Source: an uncultured Magnetovibrio sp. (lineage in GTDB: Bacteria; Pseudomonadota; Alphaproteobacteria; Rhodospirillales; Magnetovibrionaceae). Taken from it: 64,000 bases of DNA. Shown here piece after piece: positions 8,730 to 19,281 of this stretch (position 1 is its first letter; the number at the start of each line of letters is the position of its first letter). The DNA is taken from the NCBI GenBank assembly GCA_964451415.1, contig CAYVHU010000014.1, forward strand, positions 6,521 to 70,520. Direction: 5' to 3'. A program made the translations under genes and the position numbers. The notes under the pieces are model-generated. The model saw nothing but the letters and a program-made list of their open reading frames with translations. It ran no database searches and had not been told where the DNA came from.

Positions 8730-9899
8730 ATGCCTGGTTTTGAAGTCTTCGGCGAAGAAGAACGCCAAGCCATTAACGAACTGTTCGATCTTAACGGCGG
8801 CATCTTGTTCGCCCACGGGTTTGACGCCATGCGTGCGGGTGTGTACCGCGTACGAGAATATGAACGCGCCTTTGCCGACACCATGGGGGCCGCGCACGGC
8901 CAGGCCGTGGCGTCCGGTACAGCGGCGATCAAGGTTGCGTTGAAGGCTTTGGGGGTGGGTCCCGGTGATGAAGTCATCACTCAGGCCTATACCTTCGTCG
9001 CCACCGCGGAAGCGATTTTTGAAACCGGGGCGACCCCGGTGATCGTCGATATTGACGAAACCTTGAACATGGACCCCGCCGCTTTGGAAGCCGCAATCAC
9101 GGACAAGACCAAGGTCATCGTACCGGTACACATGATGGGTGAAGGCGCGGATATGGACGCGGTGATGGCCATCGCCAAAAAGCACAATCTGCTGGTCATG
9201 GAAGATACCGCCCAGGCGCTGGGGGCGTCGATGAATGGCAGGCGTCTTGGCACCATCGGCCACATGGGGGCGTTCAGCACCGATGCCGGCAAGACGCTGA
9301 ACACCGGTGAAGGTGGCATGGTGCTGTCCAATGATGAGCAGCTTTACATCAACGCGCGTTCCTATCATGACCATGGTCATGAGTATTCGACCACCATCGG
9401 GCGTGGCGAAGAAGGCGCCTTGTGCCGTGGGTTCAACTACCGCATGACCGAACTTCACGCGGCCATCGGTCTGGTACAGCTTAAAAAACTCGACATGATC
9501 ATCAAGGCCCAGCGCGCCAACAAGGCCAAGATGATGACAGGCCTGAAGGATCTGGGCGTGCCGTTTCGCAAGTCGCTGGATCCCGCGGGCGACATCGGCG
9601 ACACCATCGTGTTCTACATGCCGGATCGTGCGCGGTGCGATAAATTCGTTACCGCCATGGGCGCGGCGGGTCTGGGCACCAAGAACCTGCCCGATGCCAT
9701 CCGCTGGCACTTTTCCAAGCACTGGGCGCACATGTTGAATGATCACCCGATCTATGGTGGCAAGCTTGATACGGCGTGGGAAAAGACCGCCGATATCCTG
9801 GAGCGCTCCGTCGCGCTGCCGGTGATGGTGAAAATGGACGACGAGCGCATTTCGTTTGTCTGTGAAACCCTCAACAAGATCGCTAAAGATATCTTGTGA
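8730..9899 (+). CDS. DegT/DnrJ/EryC1/StrS-family PLP-dependent sugar aminotransferase
   Basis: 'ASGTAAIKVALKALGVGPGDEVI', 'EDTAQALGA' and 'FSTDAGKTLNTGEGGMV' (PLP lysine context). Confidence 0.8.
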   Translation: MPGFEVFGEEERQAINELFDLNGGILFAHGFDAMRAGVYRVREYERAFADTMGAAHGQAVASGTAAIKVALKALGVGPGDEVITQAYTFVATAEAIFETGATPVIVDIDETLNMDPAALEAAITDKTKVIVPVHMMGEGADMDAVMAIAKKHNLLVMEDTAQALGASMNGRRLGTIGHMGAFSTDAGKTLNTGEGGMVLSNDEQLYINARSYHDHGHEYSTTIGRGEEGALCRGFNYRMTELHAAIGLVQLKKLDMIIKAQRANKAKMMTGLKDLGVPFRKSLDPAGDIGDTIVFYMPDRARCDKFVTAMGAAGLGTKNLPDAIRWHFSKHWAHMLNDHPIYGGKLDTAWEKTADILERSVALPVMVKMDDERISFVCETLNKIAKDIL

Positions 9900-10654
9900 G
9901 CCTGCCCGTAAAACTTCTGGCGATCGTTCCTGCGCGCGGTGGCTCCAAGGGCATTACGGGCAAAAATCTTGCCCGGGTGGGCGGGCGTTCACTGGTCGTG
10001 CGCGCGTTGGATGCTGCAAGGCGGGCAAAGGCTGTGAGTGACGTTTTTGTCACCACTGACGACGATGCCATCGCCCTTGAGTGTGAAAGGGCGGGCGTGT
10101 CGGTTGGGTATCGTCGACCGGCGCATCTGGCGGGTGACGAGACGGGCATGATGGAGGTGGTTCTGGACGCGCTCGATCATTATAAGGGCGAGCATGGTCA
10201 GGATCCCGAGGTCATCGTATTGTTGCAGCCGACCTGTCCGTTTCGCTGTGCAGAGGATGTTGACGGGGCGTGGGGTGTGCTGTGTGACGGCGGTTTCGAG
10301 ACCGTGGTCTCGGTTCATGAAATGCGCGAAAGTCCGTACGAGTGCCTACGTGAAAATGCCGAAGGCTACCGCATGTTGGCCCAATCCGCTGGTGCGGTGC
10401 GTCGTCAGGACTATCAAGAAGACTTTTATTTTATCAACGGGGCCGTTTATATGGCGCGTAGCGAGTATGTGCGCCGTGAAAAGGTTTTGTTCAAGGAAGG
10501 CGAAAGCGGTCTGTTTCATATGGATCCGCTGTACGGTATCGACATTGACCAGCCCGGGGATTTGCTTATGGCCCAGGCATTGGCCAATCATCCTGAGTTT
10601 ATAGACCGACTTTATCCCGAGGATCCTCATGCCCATCTCACCGACGTATCTTAA
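9896..10654 (+). CDS. acylneuraminate cytidylyltransferase family (CMP-NulO synthetase, NeuA/LegF-like)
   Basis: 'LLAIVPARGGSKGITGKNLARVGGRSLV', 'LLQPTCPFR' and 'RRQDYQEDFYFINGAVYM' are CTP_transf_3 hallmarks. Confidence 0.8.
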   Translation: MSLPVKLLAIVPARGGSKGITGKNLARVGGRSLVVRALDAARRAKAVSDVFVTTDDDAIALECERAGVSVGYRRPAHLAGDETGMMEVVLDALDHYKGEHGQDPEVIVLLQPTCPFRCAEDVDGAWGVLCDGGFETVVSVHEMRESPYECLRENAEGYRMLAQSAGAVRRQDYQEDFYFINGAVYMARSEYVRREKVLFKEGESGLFHMDPLYGIDIDQPGDLLMAQALANHPEFIDRLYPEDPHAHLTDVS

Positions 10655-11777
10655 AAAACTTCAATATCGCGTTTTTGATGCCACCGACGCCGAAGTGCCG
10701 GACGATTTCCGCAAACGCATGTACGCAGAAGGCGAACGCGTGGCGCGCGAAGTTCTCGAACCCAAGGGCCTTGAAGATCGCAAGGTGCTCATTATCGGCG
10801 GGGCCGGTTATATCGGCGTGCCGCTGACCACCCATCTTCTGGCGCGCGGTTATGGGGTGCGCTGTCTGGATTTGTTTTTGTTTGAAAACCGCGACGTGGT
10901 GCATCCGTTTCTGGGCGAAGAAGGCTACGAGTTCATGTTCGGCGACATGGCCGACAAGGATACCGTGGCGCGCGCGCTGGACGGCGTCACCGATGTGATC
11001 TTGCTGGCCGGTCTGGTGGGGGATCCGATCACCAAGAAGTACCCCGACGAAAGCGCCGCCATCAATGATCGCGGGGTCCTCAACGTGATCGAACAGTGCA
11101 ATGGCAAAGGCCTCAACAAGGTCGTGTTCGTGTCCACGTGTTCCAACTACGGTGAAATTCCGCCCGACACCACGGCGGACGAAAACTATGAACTCAAACC
11201 GCTGTCCTTGTATGCCAAGTCCAAGGTCGCTGCGGAAAAAGCAATGCTGAGCAACAAGGGCAACGTCGATTACGTTGGCAGTGTGATGCGCTTTTCCACA
11301 GCCTTCGGCCTGAGTGGTCGCATGCGCTTCGACTTGACGGTGAGCGAATTCACCCGCGAGCTGTTCGTCGGCAACAAGCTGGAAGTCTACGATGCCGACA
11401 CGTGGCGGCCATATTGTCACATGCAGGATTTTGCGCGCGGCCTGACCCGTCTTTTGGAAGCGCCCGCCGATGAGGTGGCGTTCGAAGTGTTCAATGCCGG
11501 CGGCGACGTCAACAACTATACCAAGGGCATGATGGTCGAGGCCATCTTGAAACAAATTCCCGACGGCGACGTGAGCTACGTCAAAGGCGGGTTTGATCGG
11601 CGCAATTACAAGGTCGATTTCTCGCGTATTCGCGAACGTCTGCATTTCACGCCGAAATACACGGTGGACGACGGTATTCGCGAGTTGATCTCTGTAATGA
11701 AGCAGGGCTTCTTCCTCGATTACGACCAGCGTCTCAATTATTATCGCAACAACGAAATCACATATCGCGTCAAATGA
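10629..11777 (+). CDS. NAD-dependent sugar-nucleotide epimerase/dehydratase (extended SDR)
   Basis: 'KVLIIGGAGYIGVPLTTHLLARGYGV' (GxxGxxG) and 'YAKSK' (YxxxK). 382 aa. Confidence 0.8.
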   Translation: MPISPTYLKKLQYRVFDATDAEVPDDFRKRMYAEGERVAREVLEPKGLEDRKVLIIGGAGYIGVPLTTHLLARGYGVRCLDLFLFENRDVVHPFLGEEGYEFMFGDMADKDTVARALDGVTDVILLAGLVGDPITKKYPDESAAINDRGVLNVIEQCNGKGLNKVVFVSTCSNYGEIPPDTTADENYELKPLSLYAKSKVAAEKAMLSNKGNVDYVGSVMRFSTAFGLSGRMRFDLTVSEFTRELFVGNKLEVYDADTWRPYCHMQDFARGLTRLLEAPADEVAFEVFNAGGDVNNYTKGMMVEAILKQIPDGDVSYVKGGFDRRNYKVDFSRIRERLHFTPKYTVDDGIRELISVMKQGFFLDYDQRLNYYRNNEITYRVK

Positions 11778-12946
11778 GCCTTGAACCCGACGATATTCTG
11801 AACGCCGTCAGCGGCGTTCTGGGACCGGCAGAAAGCTTTACACCGCTGCATGAGCCGGAATTTTCCGGCAACGAGTGGACCTATGTGAAGGACTGCATCG
11901 ACACCGGGTGGGTGTCGTCGGTGGGCGCGTATGTGGAGCGGATCGAGAAAGATCTGGCGGCTTACACCGGTGCAAAATTCGCGGTGGCCATGGTCAACGG
12001 CACGGCGGCGCTGCATATGGCGCTGATCGTGGCGGGGGTCGAGGCCGGTGACGAGGTCATCGCGCCGACCTTGAGTTTCGTCGCCACAGCCAACGCCATT
12101 GCGTACTGTCACGCCACGGCCCACTTCGTCGATATCGAGGAAGCCACCTTGGGCCTGGATGCCGTCAAACTGGATGCCTACCTGGGTGAAATCGCGCACA
12201 GGACGGATGCGGGTGTGGTCAATAAGCTCACCGGTCAGCGCATTGCCTGCGTGGTTTGCATGCACACCTTCGGTCATCCGGTGGACGTGGATGCGCTGCT
12301 TGACGTGTGTGATCGCTGGGGACTGACGCTGGTCGAAGATGCAGCGGAATCGTTGGGGTCACGCTACAAGGACAGGCATTGCGGCACGTTCGGCCACGTT
12401 GCGGCAATCAGCTTCAACGGCAACAAGATCGTGACCACCGGCGGCGGCGGTGCGTTGCTCACCAGTGACGAAGATCTGGCCCGGCGCGCCAAGCACCTCA
12501 GCACAACGGCCAAAACGCCGCATCCGTGGCTCTATGTTCACGATCAAGTGGGCTACAACTACCGTATGCCCAATATCAATGCGGCGCTTGGCTGTGCTCA
12601 ACTGGAACAATTGGATGGTTTTCTGGCGCAAAAACGTGAGCTGACCCGCAGCTACACCAGGGCGTTTGCGGGTCTGGACGGTGTGCGTGTGTTTGGCGAG
12701 GCCGATTTCGCCACCTCGAACTTTTGGCTCAACGCCATCATTCTGGATGATAAAAAACTGCGCGATCCGGTGCTGAAAATCCTTAACGCGGCAAACTACA
12801 TGGCGCGTCCGGCATGGACGCTCCTACACAAACTGCCGCCCTATGCGGGTGCGCCGCGCATGAGCGATCTGAGCGTGGCCGAACGTATCGAGGGGACGTT
12901 GATCAATATTCCCAGTTCTCCCAAGTTGGCGCGAAAGCGGACATAA
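11774..12946 (+). CDS. DegT-family aminotransferase, LegC-like
   Basis: 'VNGTAALHMALIVAGVEAGDEVI', 'VEDAAESLGS' and 'ISFNGNKIVTTGGGGALL'. Confidence 0.8.
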   Translation: MSLEPDDILNAVSGVLGPAESFTPLHEPEFSGNEWTYVKDCIDTGWVSSVGAYVERIEKDLAAYTGAKFAVAMVNGTAALHMALIVAGVEAGDEVIAPTLSFVATANAIAYCHATAHFVDIEEATLGLDAVKLDAYLGEIAHRTDAGVVNKLTGQRIACVVCMHTFGHPVDVDALLDVCDRWGLTLVEDAAESLGSRYKDRHCGTFGHVAAISFNGNKIVTTGGGGALLTSDEDLARRAKHLSTTAKTPHPWLYVHDQVGYNYRMPNINAALGCAQLEQLDGFLAQKRELTRSYTRAFAGLDGVRVFGEADFATSNFWLNAIILDDKKLRDPVLKILNAANYMARPAWTLLHKLPPYAGAPRMSDLSVAERIEGTLINIPSSPKLARKRT

Positions 12947-12951
12947 GAGCC

Positions 12952-14115
12952 ATGCGCAAGATTTGCGTTTTTACCGGTACGCGCGCGGAATACGGTCTGT
13001 TGTACTGGACCATGCGACAGGTTCAAGACGATCTGGATTTGCAGTTGCAAATTCTGGTCAGCGGGGCGCACCTGTCGGAACGTCTGGGCGCGACCTACCG
13101 GCAGATCGAGGCCGACGGTTTTGTTGTTGATGCCAAAGTGCCGATGAATTTGGAAGACGACAGCGACGCCGCCCTTGCCGTTGCCATGGGACAGGAACTT
13201 GCGGGTGTGGCGCGGGTTCTGGATGAATTGAAGCCCGATATCCTGGTGCTTTTGGGGGATCGCTACGAAACGTTTACGGCGGCAACGGCAGCCATGATGC
13301 TGCGCATTCCCATTGCGCATATTCATGGTGGTGAAGTGACCGAGGGGGCCCTGGATGATGCCATGCGTCACGGCATCACCAAGATGGCGCATCTGCATTT
13401 TACGGCGGCTGAGCCCTATCGCCAACGGGTCATCCAGCTTGGTGAAAACCCGGATCGTGTATTTAACGTTGGCGCACCGGGGCTGGAAGCCATTACCCGC
13501 ACGCCACTCATGAACCGGGAAGATCTGGCGCAAGATTTGGGGTTTTTCCTGGATGGCAGCGTGTTTGTGGTGACTTATCACCCCGAAACTCTGGGTAAAG
13601 TGGACGCGTCGAGCGGCATTGAAGACCTGTTGCAGGCCCTGAACCTGTTTCCTGAAGCGCGGATCATCCTTACCAAGGCGAACGCGGACAGCCAGGGGCG
13701 TGTCGTTAATGACCGGTTGGAGACCTACGCCGAACGCAACAAGGATCGTGTTTTCCTTAGCGCCTCCCTGGGCCAGCGCCGCTATTATTCTGCCGTTGCT
13801 CTGGCGGATGTGGTGATCGGCAATTCGTCCAGCGGCATTATCGAGGCGCCAGCACTGGGGACGCCTAGCGTCAACATCGGCGATCGGCAGAAGGGGCGCT
13901 TGCGCGCCGCATCGGTTGTGGATTGCGCCGAAAGCGCCAGTGCCATTGCAACCGCCATCGACGAAGCGTTGCACCGGGATCACCAAATTTCGGTCAATCC
14001 CTACGGCACAGGCGAGACGTCCAGCAAAATCATCACGGTGCTCAAGGCGTTTTTAAGGGCGCCGAGCGTGTCAAAAACATTCTTCGATCAGTCTGCGTAT
14101 CCATCAAAATCTTGA
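12952..14115 (+). CDS. hydrolysing UDP/GDP-N-acetylhexosamine 2-epimerase (NeuC/LegG family)
   Basis: 'MRKICVFTGTRAEYGLLYW', 'LGDRYETFTAATAAMMLRIPIAHIHGGE' and 'GNSSSGIIEAPALGTPSVNIGDRQKGR'. ATG 12952 lies 6 nt after the upstream stop. The track's longer start (12814) overlaps the previous gene. Confidence 0.85.
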   Translation: MRKICVFTGTRAEYGLLYWTMRQVQDDLDLQLQILVSGAHLSERLGATYRQIEADGFVVDAKVPMNLEDDSDAALAVAMGQELAGVARVLDELKPDILVLLGDRYETFTAATAAMMLRIPIAHIHGGEVTEGALDDAMRHGITKMAHLHFTAAEPYRQRVIQLGENPDRVFNVGAPGLEAITRTPLMNREDLAQDLGFFLDGSVFVVTYHPETLGKVDASSGIEDLLQALNLFPEARIILTKANADSQGRVVNDRLETYAERNKDRVFLSASLGQRRYYSAVALADVVIGNSSSGIIEAPALGTPSVNIGDRQKGRLRAASVVDCAESASAIATAIDEALHRDHQISVNPYGTGETSSKIITVLKAFLRAPSVSKTFFDQSAYPSKS

Positions 14116-14201
14116 TACACAGGATAATGGGAATGGATTTTTGTCTTCGATGGTGATGAACGCGATCTTTAAAGAACAATTTTCACGGTATTTGCCCAAG
14201 C

Positions 14202-15476
14202 ATGCATAAACGTTATTTTATTTTACATGGGAATATATTCTCCCAGCGTGATTGGGAACGTTTCGGGTGTGATTTCTTCCTTCAGCGCGGTTATGACGTT
14301 ATCCCCGTGGAACTGGTCGAGTTGCTGAGTCCCGGAACGTATTCTCAAATGACGAAAGGTACGTTCACGTCTAGGCAAAATGTTGTGCGCATCAATACCG
14401 AACAGGAAATGGATGAACTGGTGACGCATTTCGGCCCTGCGGACTTTGTACTTATGGCCTTTTACCTTAATGCGAAATCGGCCTTCGTGTTTCGAATTCT
14501 CACAAAATATAAGATTGACTATATGTCTTTGACCATCGGAGGAATTCCGACGAATGACTTCCGGAACTTTCGTAGTGCGCTCAACTTGAAAGAGTACCTT
14601 AAGTTTAAATATATGACGGTGAAGACGAAGGCATATTTGCTTAAACGGTATGTTTGGACGATGTTTGCTGATGGCGTGGGGTGGGTGTTTTTGCGCCCGC
14701 CACGTTGGTGGATGCGTGCGGGACGTTATCATAACGCGCTCAGCGCTGTTGCGCCCAAGCCTTGGAAGGCCGAGCTTATCTCCGTTCGTTCATTTGACAT
14801 GCAAGTGATTGATGCCGTTCAAAATCAAAATAAAAAAGAAGGCGAAATCTTCGAGAAGCCATATGCTGTTTTAATTGATGATGATTTTTTAGATCATCCG
14901 GATTTTATATATATGGGCATAAACCGTCCTGTGACAAAAGAACGGTTTAGCTGCGCCATGCAGTCGTTTATTGCAAAACTTGAAAAGGATCTAAGGCTGC
15001 GCGTTGTTGTCGCCGGGCACCCCAAGGCCTTGCCTGAAAATGCGTCCATTGTTTATGGGGCGTACCCGTTCATTCAAGATAGGACGGCAGAACTTGTCGC
15101 ACACAGCGAACTGGTCGTTGTGTGTTGCAGTACGGCGCTTTCGTTTGCCGTTCGTTTGCGTAAACCTGTGATTGTCATCACGACCGACGAAATCGAACGA
15201 AATAGATTTTACGGTGGTTTCGTTGCTAACATGTCGAGCTGGTTAGGTTTGCGTCGTACGAATATTGATCGTCTAAAAGCGCATGATTCGTTGGTGATGC
15301 CCGTGGTTGATCAGCGCTGCTACGAGAGCTATGAACAAAATTTTTTGGCGGAGAAGGGGGTTGGTTCGCATTCAATCTGGGAAGAAGCCGCACGCCATTT
15401 TGAGGCGCATATTTCAAAACGTGCATCGGACTCCATAAAAAGACGTAAAAATCCGGAGCTTAAAATTGAGAAATAA
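14202..15476 (+). CDS. hypothetical protein, possibly a GT-B-like glycosyl/NulO or polyol-phosphate transferase
   Basis: 424-aa ORF at the start of a visibly AT-richer block. C-terminal half 'RVVVAGHPKALP...TAELVAHSELVVVCCSTALSFAVRLRKPVIVI' resembles the HP-motif / nucleotide-sugar-binding half of GT-B enzymes. There is no closer match I can assert. Confidence 0.45.
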   Translation: MHKRYFILHGNIFSQRDWERFGCDFFLQRGYDVIPVELVELLSPGTYSQMTKGTFTSRQNVVRINTEQEMDELVTHFGPADFVLMAFYLNAKSAFVFRILTKYKIDYMSLTIGGIPTNDFRNFRSALNLKEYLKFKYMTVKTKAYLLKRYVWTMFADGVGWVFLRPPRWWMRAGRYHNALSAVAPKPWKAELISVRSFDMQVIDAVQNQNKKEGEIFEKPYAVLIDDDFLDHPDFIYMGINRPVTKERFSCAMQSFIAKLEKDLRLRVVVAGHPKALPENASIVYGAYPFIQDRTAELVAHSELVVVCCSTALSFAVRLRKPVIVITTDEIERNRFYGGFVANMSSWLGLRRTNIDRLKAHDSLVMPVVDQRCYESYEQNFLAEKGVGSHSIWEEAARHFEAHISKRASDSIKRRKNPELKIEK

Positions 15477-16443
15477 TCCCTTTCAATCTATCTATGACGC
15501 CTGCAATCAGGGCAATTCCATGGACAAGTTTAAAGAATTGCCGCCGTTTCCACGGCTTATTGATATTGAGGCGACCAATGCATGCAACTTCAGTTGTTTG
15601 ATGTGTCCGACCGGAAACCGTTCAATGACCCGAAAGACCGGTATGATGGAGCCGGCGGTTTTTGACAAGATTCTTGATGAATGCGCCCAGTGGAATTGTG
15701 CGTTGCGTTGGGTGCAATGGGGCGAAAACGTTATGCACCCGGACTTGCTTGATCATATTTCCGCAGCACATGAGCGAGGTGTTCTTACGCATTTGAACAC
15801 CAACGGCAGCAAGTTGGACGCAGAGGCAGTTGAACGTTTGATTTCGACGGGCCTTGATTCCATCAAATTTTCTTTCCAGGGTGTGGATCAAAACAGTTAC
15901 GCAGAGATGCGCAACAAGGACTTCTTTGAAGAATTGATGGCTGTTATCGAGCAGTTTCAGAAGATCCGAGGAGATCGGGAGGCTCCGTATATTCACATTT
16001 CAACCTCCATTACATACGAAGGCCCGGAACTTGTGGCGGCTTTTGAGAAACGGGCAAGACAGATTGCTGATTATGTGTCTGTAGGACGAACGGTTTTTGA
16101 TAACCTTAATCTTGATGGTGTGCGTATGAAGCCTGAGGAGGTTGCACGTCTGCAGCGTCTCAAAGAACAAGAATCTGTCGTCAAGGTTCACCCTGAATGC
16201 CCGAAGGTCTTTGACAAGATGTCCATCTTTTGGGATGGGGCGGTGTCGGCTTGTTGCGGCGATGCCGATAAGGTGATGCTTATTGGGTCCGTCTCTGATA
16301 ACACGCTTAAGGACATTTGGCATTCAAATAGAATGAACGAATATCGCACGATATTGGCGGATATGCGTCATAATGAACTTGATTTATGCCGCAATTGCTA
16401 TGATTACCAGGACTTGCAGAAAACCGGATCTCAGGAATTTTAG
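15466..16443 (+). CDS. radical SAM protein with a SPASM/twitch-like C-terminal Cys-rich domain
   Basis: 'IEATNACNFSCLMCP' (CxxxCxxC). C-terminal 'CPKVFDKMSIFWDGAVSACCGD...LDLCRNC'. Confidence 0.8.
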   Translation: MRNNPFQSIYDACNQGNSMDKFKELPPFPRLIDIEATNACNFSCLMCPTGNRSMTRKTGMMEPAVFDKILDECAQWNCALRWVQWGENVMHPDLLDHISAAHERGVLTHLNTNGSKLDAEAVERLISTGLDSIKFSFQGVDQNSYAEMRNKDFFEELMAVIEQFQKIRGDREAPYIHISTSITYEGPELVAAFEKRARQIADYVSVGRTVFDNLNLDGVRMKPEEVARLQRLKEQESVVKVHPECPKVFDKMSIFWDGAVSACCGDADKVMLIGSVSDNTLKDIWHSNRMNEYRTILADMRHNELDLCRNCYDYQDLQKTGSQEF

Positions 16444-16449
16444 TAAATT

Positions 16450-17124
16450 ATGCCCGATTACCTGAATGTCATTTATGACGAGAAATCACATCCGTTTACC
16501 GACTATCCCTCACGGCTTGCCGCATATCTCTATCAAGCATTCAAGCTGAATGAACGAGATACAATGCTTGAGTTGGGAAGCGGTCGTGGCGAGATGTTGA
16601 AGTGCTTTTCCGATCTCGGGATGACGGTTAAAGGCGTTGACTTGTCCCAAGAGGCGCAAGTTTTATCACCTGGGCTGGAAATGTCGAGTTGCGATTTGGA
16701 AACGGAAAAACTTCCCTTTCCGGATAGCTGTTTTGATGTTGTCTTTAATAAATCTGTTCTTGAACATATTCGGAATACGGATCATCTTATCCGTGAAATA
16801 CGACGCGTTCTAAAACCGGGCGGGTTAATCCTGTGCATGGTTCCAGACTGGGAATCGAATTATAAAATTTTCTTTGATGACTATACCCATAAATCGCCGT
16901 TTACGACCGTGTCGCTTAATGATTTATTGCGTATCCATGATTTTGTAGATGTCCGTGTTTACAAATTCAGGCAATTGCCCATCGTTTGGCGGCATCCTTG
17001 GCTGAATTTTGTTTGCGCGTTGATGAGTCCATTTGTGCCGATCAGAACCAATATCGGGTTTTTGCGATGGTCGCGCGAATTGATGATTGTTGCGTGTGGT
17101 ACCCAGCGAGAATCTGAACAATGA
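16450..17124 (+). CDS. class I SAM-dependent methyltransferase
   Basis: 'MLELGSGRGEMLKCFSDLGMTVKGVDLS' (motif I, post-I acidic residue), 'FDVVFNKSVLEHI' and 'LKPGGLIL'. Confidence 0.8.
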   Translation: MPDYLNVIYDEKSHPFTDYPSRLAAYLYQAFKLNERDTMLELGSGRGEMLKCFSDLGMTVKGVDLSQEAQVLSPGLEMSSCDLETEKLPFPDSCFDVVFNKSVLEHIRNTDHLIREIRRVLKPGGLILCMVPDWESNYKIFFDDYTHKSPFTTVSLNDLLRIHDFVDVRVYKFRQLPIVWRHPWLNFVCALMSPFVPIRTNIGFLRWSRELMIVACGTQRESEQ

Positions 17125-19281
17125 GTAAGAACAGACCTGTAAAAATTTTTCTCGGTGATCTTGTGCACACGTGGGAAAAAGCCAGTACCTGGACCTTTCC
17201 ACTGAATATCGGTTTTATTAGCGCATACGCCAGCAAGATCTTGGGCGATGACGTCGAGTTTCGTCTGTTCAAACGTCCCGAAAAAATGATCGAAGCGCTT
17301 CGCAACGATCCCCCCGATGTGGTTGGCTTTTCCTATTATGTGTGGAATGCGAACCTGAACGGCCTTTTGTGCAAGATCGCAAAGGATGCCAATCCCCATG
17401 TGCTTAGCGTCGGTGGGGGGCCGAATTTCACCTCCATCAACACCACCGAAGAGAAGGCGGCCCAAGTCTTCCAGAACCAGCCTCAACTGGATGCGTATGT
17501 GGTAAACCAAGGTGAGCGCGGTTTTGTCGAACTGATGCGAGCATTTTTGGGTGCGCGGCGAGACGTTGTCAAGTTGCGTACTTTGACGGTTGATGGATGC
17601 GTTATCAATGGTGACGTGACGGTGGGGCGCATACAAATCGGCCCGCCCCTGGACGCAATGCGCGATTTGGAAGAGGTGCCATCGCCGTACCTGAGCGGTA
17701 TTTTGGATGAGTTCTTTGACGAACCCTTTGCCCCGATTTTGGAAACCAATCGCTCATGCCCATACCGCTGTACCTTTTGCGCGTGGGGGATTGGAACTGC
17801 GAAAATGGCGCGCTTTAGCGTAGAACGCGTGGTTGAGGAAATTGACTACATTGGCCAGCGGTGCAAGAACGCGGCGCAAATGTTTATTGCAGATGCCAAT
17901 TTCGGCATGCTTAAACGCGACACCGATATCGCACGTAACCTGAATAATTCACACAAAAAATACGGCTTTCCTGGCCATTTGGCGGTGCAGTGGCACAAGT
18001 CACGCCCCGATCTGATTATTTCAGCAGCGCGCGAGGTCAAAGATATCGCGCGCATCGGTGCATCGATGCAGTCTTTGCACCCCGAAACCCTGGAGGCCGT
18101 GAAGCGCAAAAACCTGCCGTTGGAACAGGTCAAGGATATGCTTGAAGAGTTGAGTGCCGACGGCGAGGAAATGCCACTGGTCTCAGAGCTGATTCTAGGG
18201 TTGCCCCTGGAAACACGGGAGTCGCATCTGGAAGCCAACCGCACCATGATCAACGCGGGTGCAGAGATGATCAATTATAATCTCTACCTTCTTCCGGGTA
18301 CAGAAATGGATAGCCAGGAAAGTCGCAAAAAGTATTTCAAGGAAACGGGCTGGCGGTTGATGGACAACGCGTTCGGCGTCTATGACGGGGTCAGGGTGTT
18401 TGAGGGCCAGGAAACGGTACAGGCAACCTCGACCATGTCACGTGACGAGTTGCGGGGCTTTCGCTTTTATCATTTCCTTCTGCAGTTCATGTGGGGGGGG
18501 GCGCTGGTACTATGACTACATCAATCTGTTTCACGGGTTGGGCACCCATCCTGTCGACCTGCTTGATCGGATCAGCCGGACTTTTCCGCGTGATGACAGT
18601 TCGTTGGGCCGGTTGTATCAGGACTTCAAGGCCGACCACGAACTGGAAACGTTCAAGACTTACGAAGACATGTGTGGATATTGGACTGAGGATGAAGCCC
18701 TGGAACGTTTGCGTACCGGCGGTTATGGTAAGCTGAACTTTGCCTATACATATAAAGTACTGTTGGAATGTCGTTCCGAATTCGACCAGTTTTTGTTGCA
18801 AACGGCGGAATGCATGATCAAAGAAAACGTGCCGGATGATGCGGTTCGGATTATGGATGTTACGCGCGACATTTTGAGTTTCGGTGCAGCATTACAGGTG
18901 AAACTCAACGAAGATATGTCTCTGGTTCCGGTCAACTGGGGCGATTTTGGTTATGATATCTTAAGGTGGCGCAATAACGATTATCAAGGCTTGCCCGCGC
19001 CCTGCGAAGGCAATGCAGTGCACTACAAATTCAGCGTGCCCGACGCACAGCACGAAAAACTGACGCGCCTGTTGTCTCAATACAAATCGCATAACAAAAA
19101 TTTGACGTTGCGCAAGATGAGCGAGTACATCAAGCCGCATGAATTTTTCTATACTGTTGAACCCGTGGATGAACTTTTCAATGACGCCAAGAATGAAAAA
19201 ATACCGATGGTGCCACAGTCGGGAACTCATGACAGTTGGTCTTATCTTAAGGGGCGTCAGTCTGGTGATGACCAACGCTAA
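17121..19281 (+). pseudogene. B12-binding-domain radical SAM enzyme, split by a +1 frameshift at a G9 tract (track ORFs 17121..18515 and 18382..19281)
   Basis: N-terminal cobalamin-binding-like domain ('DVVGFSYYVWNANLN...SVGGGPNF') and radical SAM core 'ILETNRSCPYRCTFCAWG'. Frame A ends 'FMWGGALVL*' at 18515. Frame B continues '..GGGRWYYDYINLFHGLG...' to 19281. Removing one G gives a single 719-aa ORF. Confidence 0.65.
18493..18501 (+). repeat. G9 homopolymer at the frameshift point of the B12-radical SAM gene
   Basis: catgtGGGGGGGGGcgctgg. The reading frames switch exactly here. Confidence 0.9.

Noticed and set aside
8712-9746. Long minus-strand ORFs mirroring the plus-strand genes. Examples: 8712..9746, 10638..11645, 12841..13986, 36096..37016, 44749..45690, 46493..47602, 49430..50371, 53462..54886, 54817..55869 and 57018..57782.
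   Set aside because: They lie fully antisense to ORFs with strong family motifs. Their translations are Arg/Gly/His/Pro-rich low-complexity strings with no recognisable domains. This is the usual GC-rich shadow-ORF artefact.
12814-12951. Extended N-termini given in the ORF track. Examples: 12814 for the epimerase, 45737 for the 606-aa protein, 54655 for the GT4, 4691 for the synthase, 26846 for the amidotransferase, 39807 for the methyltransferase and 50940 for the reductase.
   Set aside because: The extensions overlap the preceding gene or a regulatory leader and lack family-typical sequence. Internal ATGs sit directly at or after the upstream stop and begin with the canonical N-terminal motifs.
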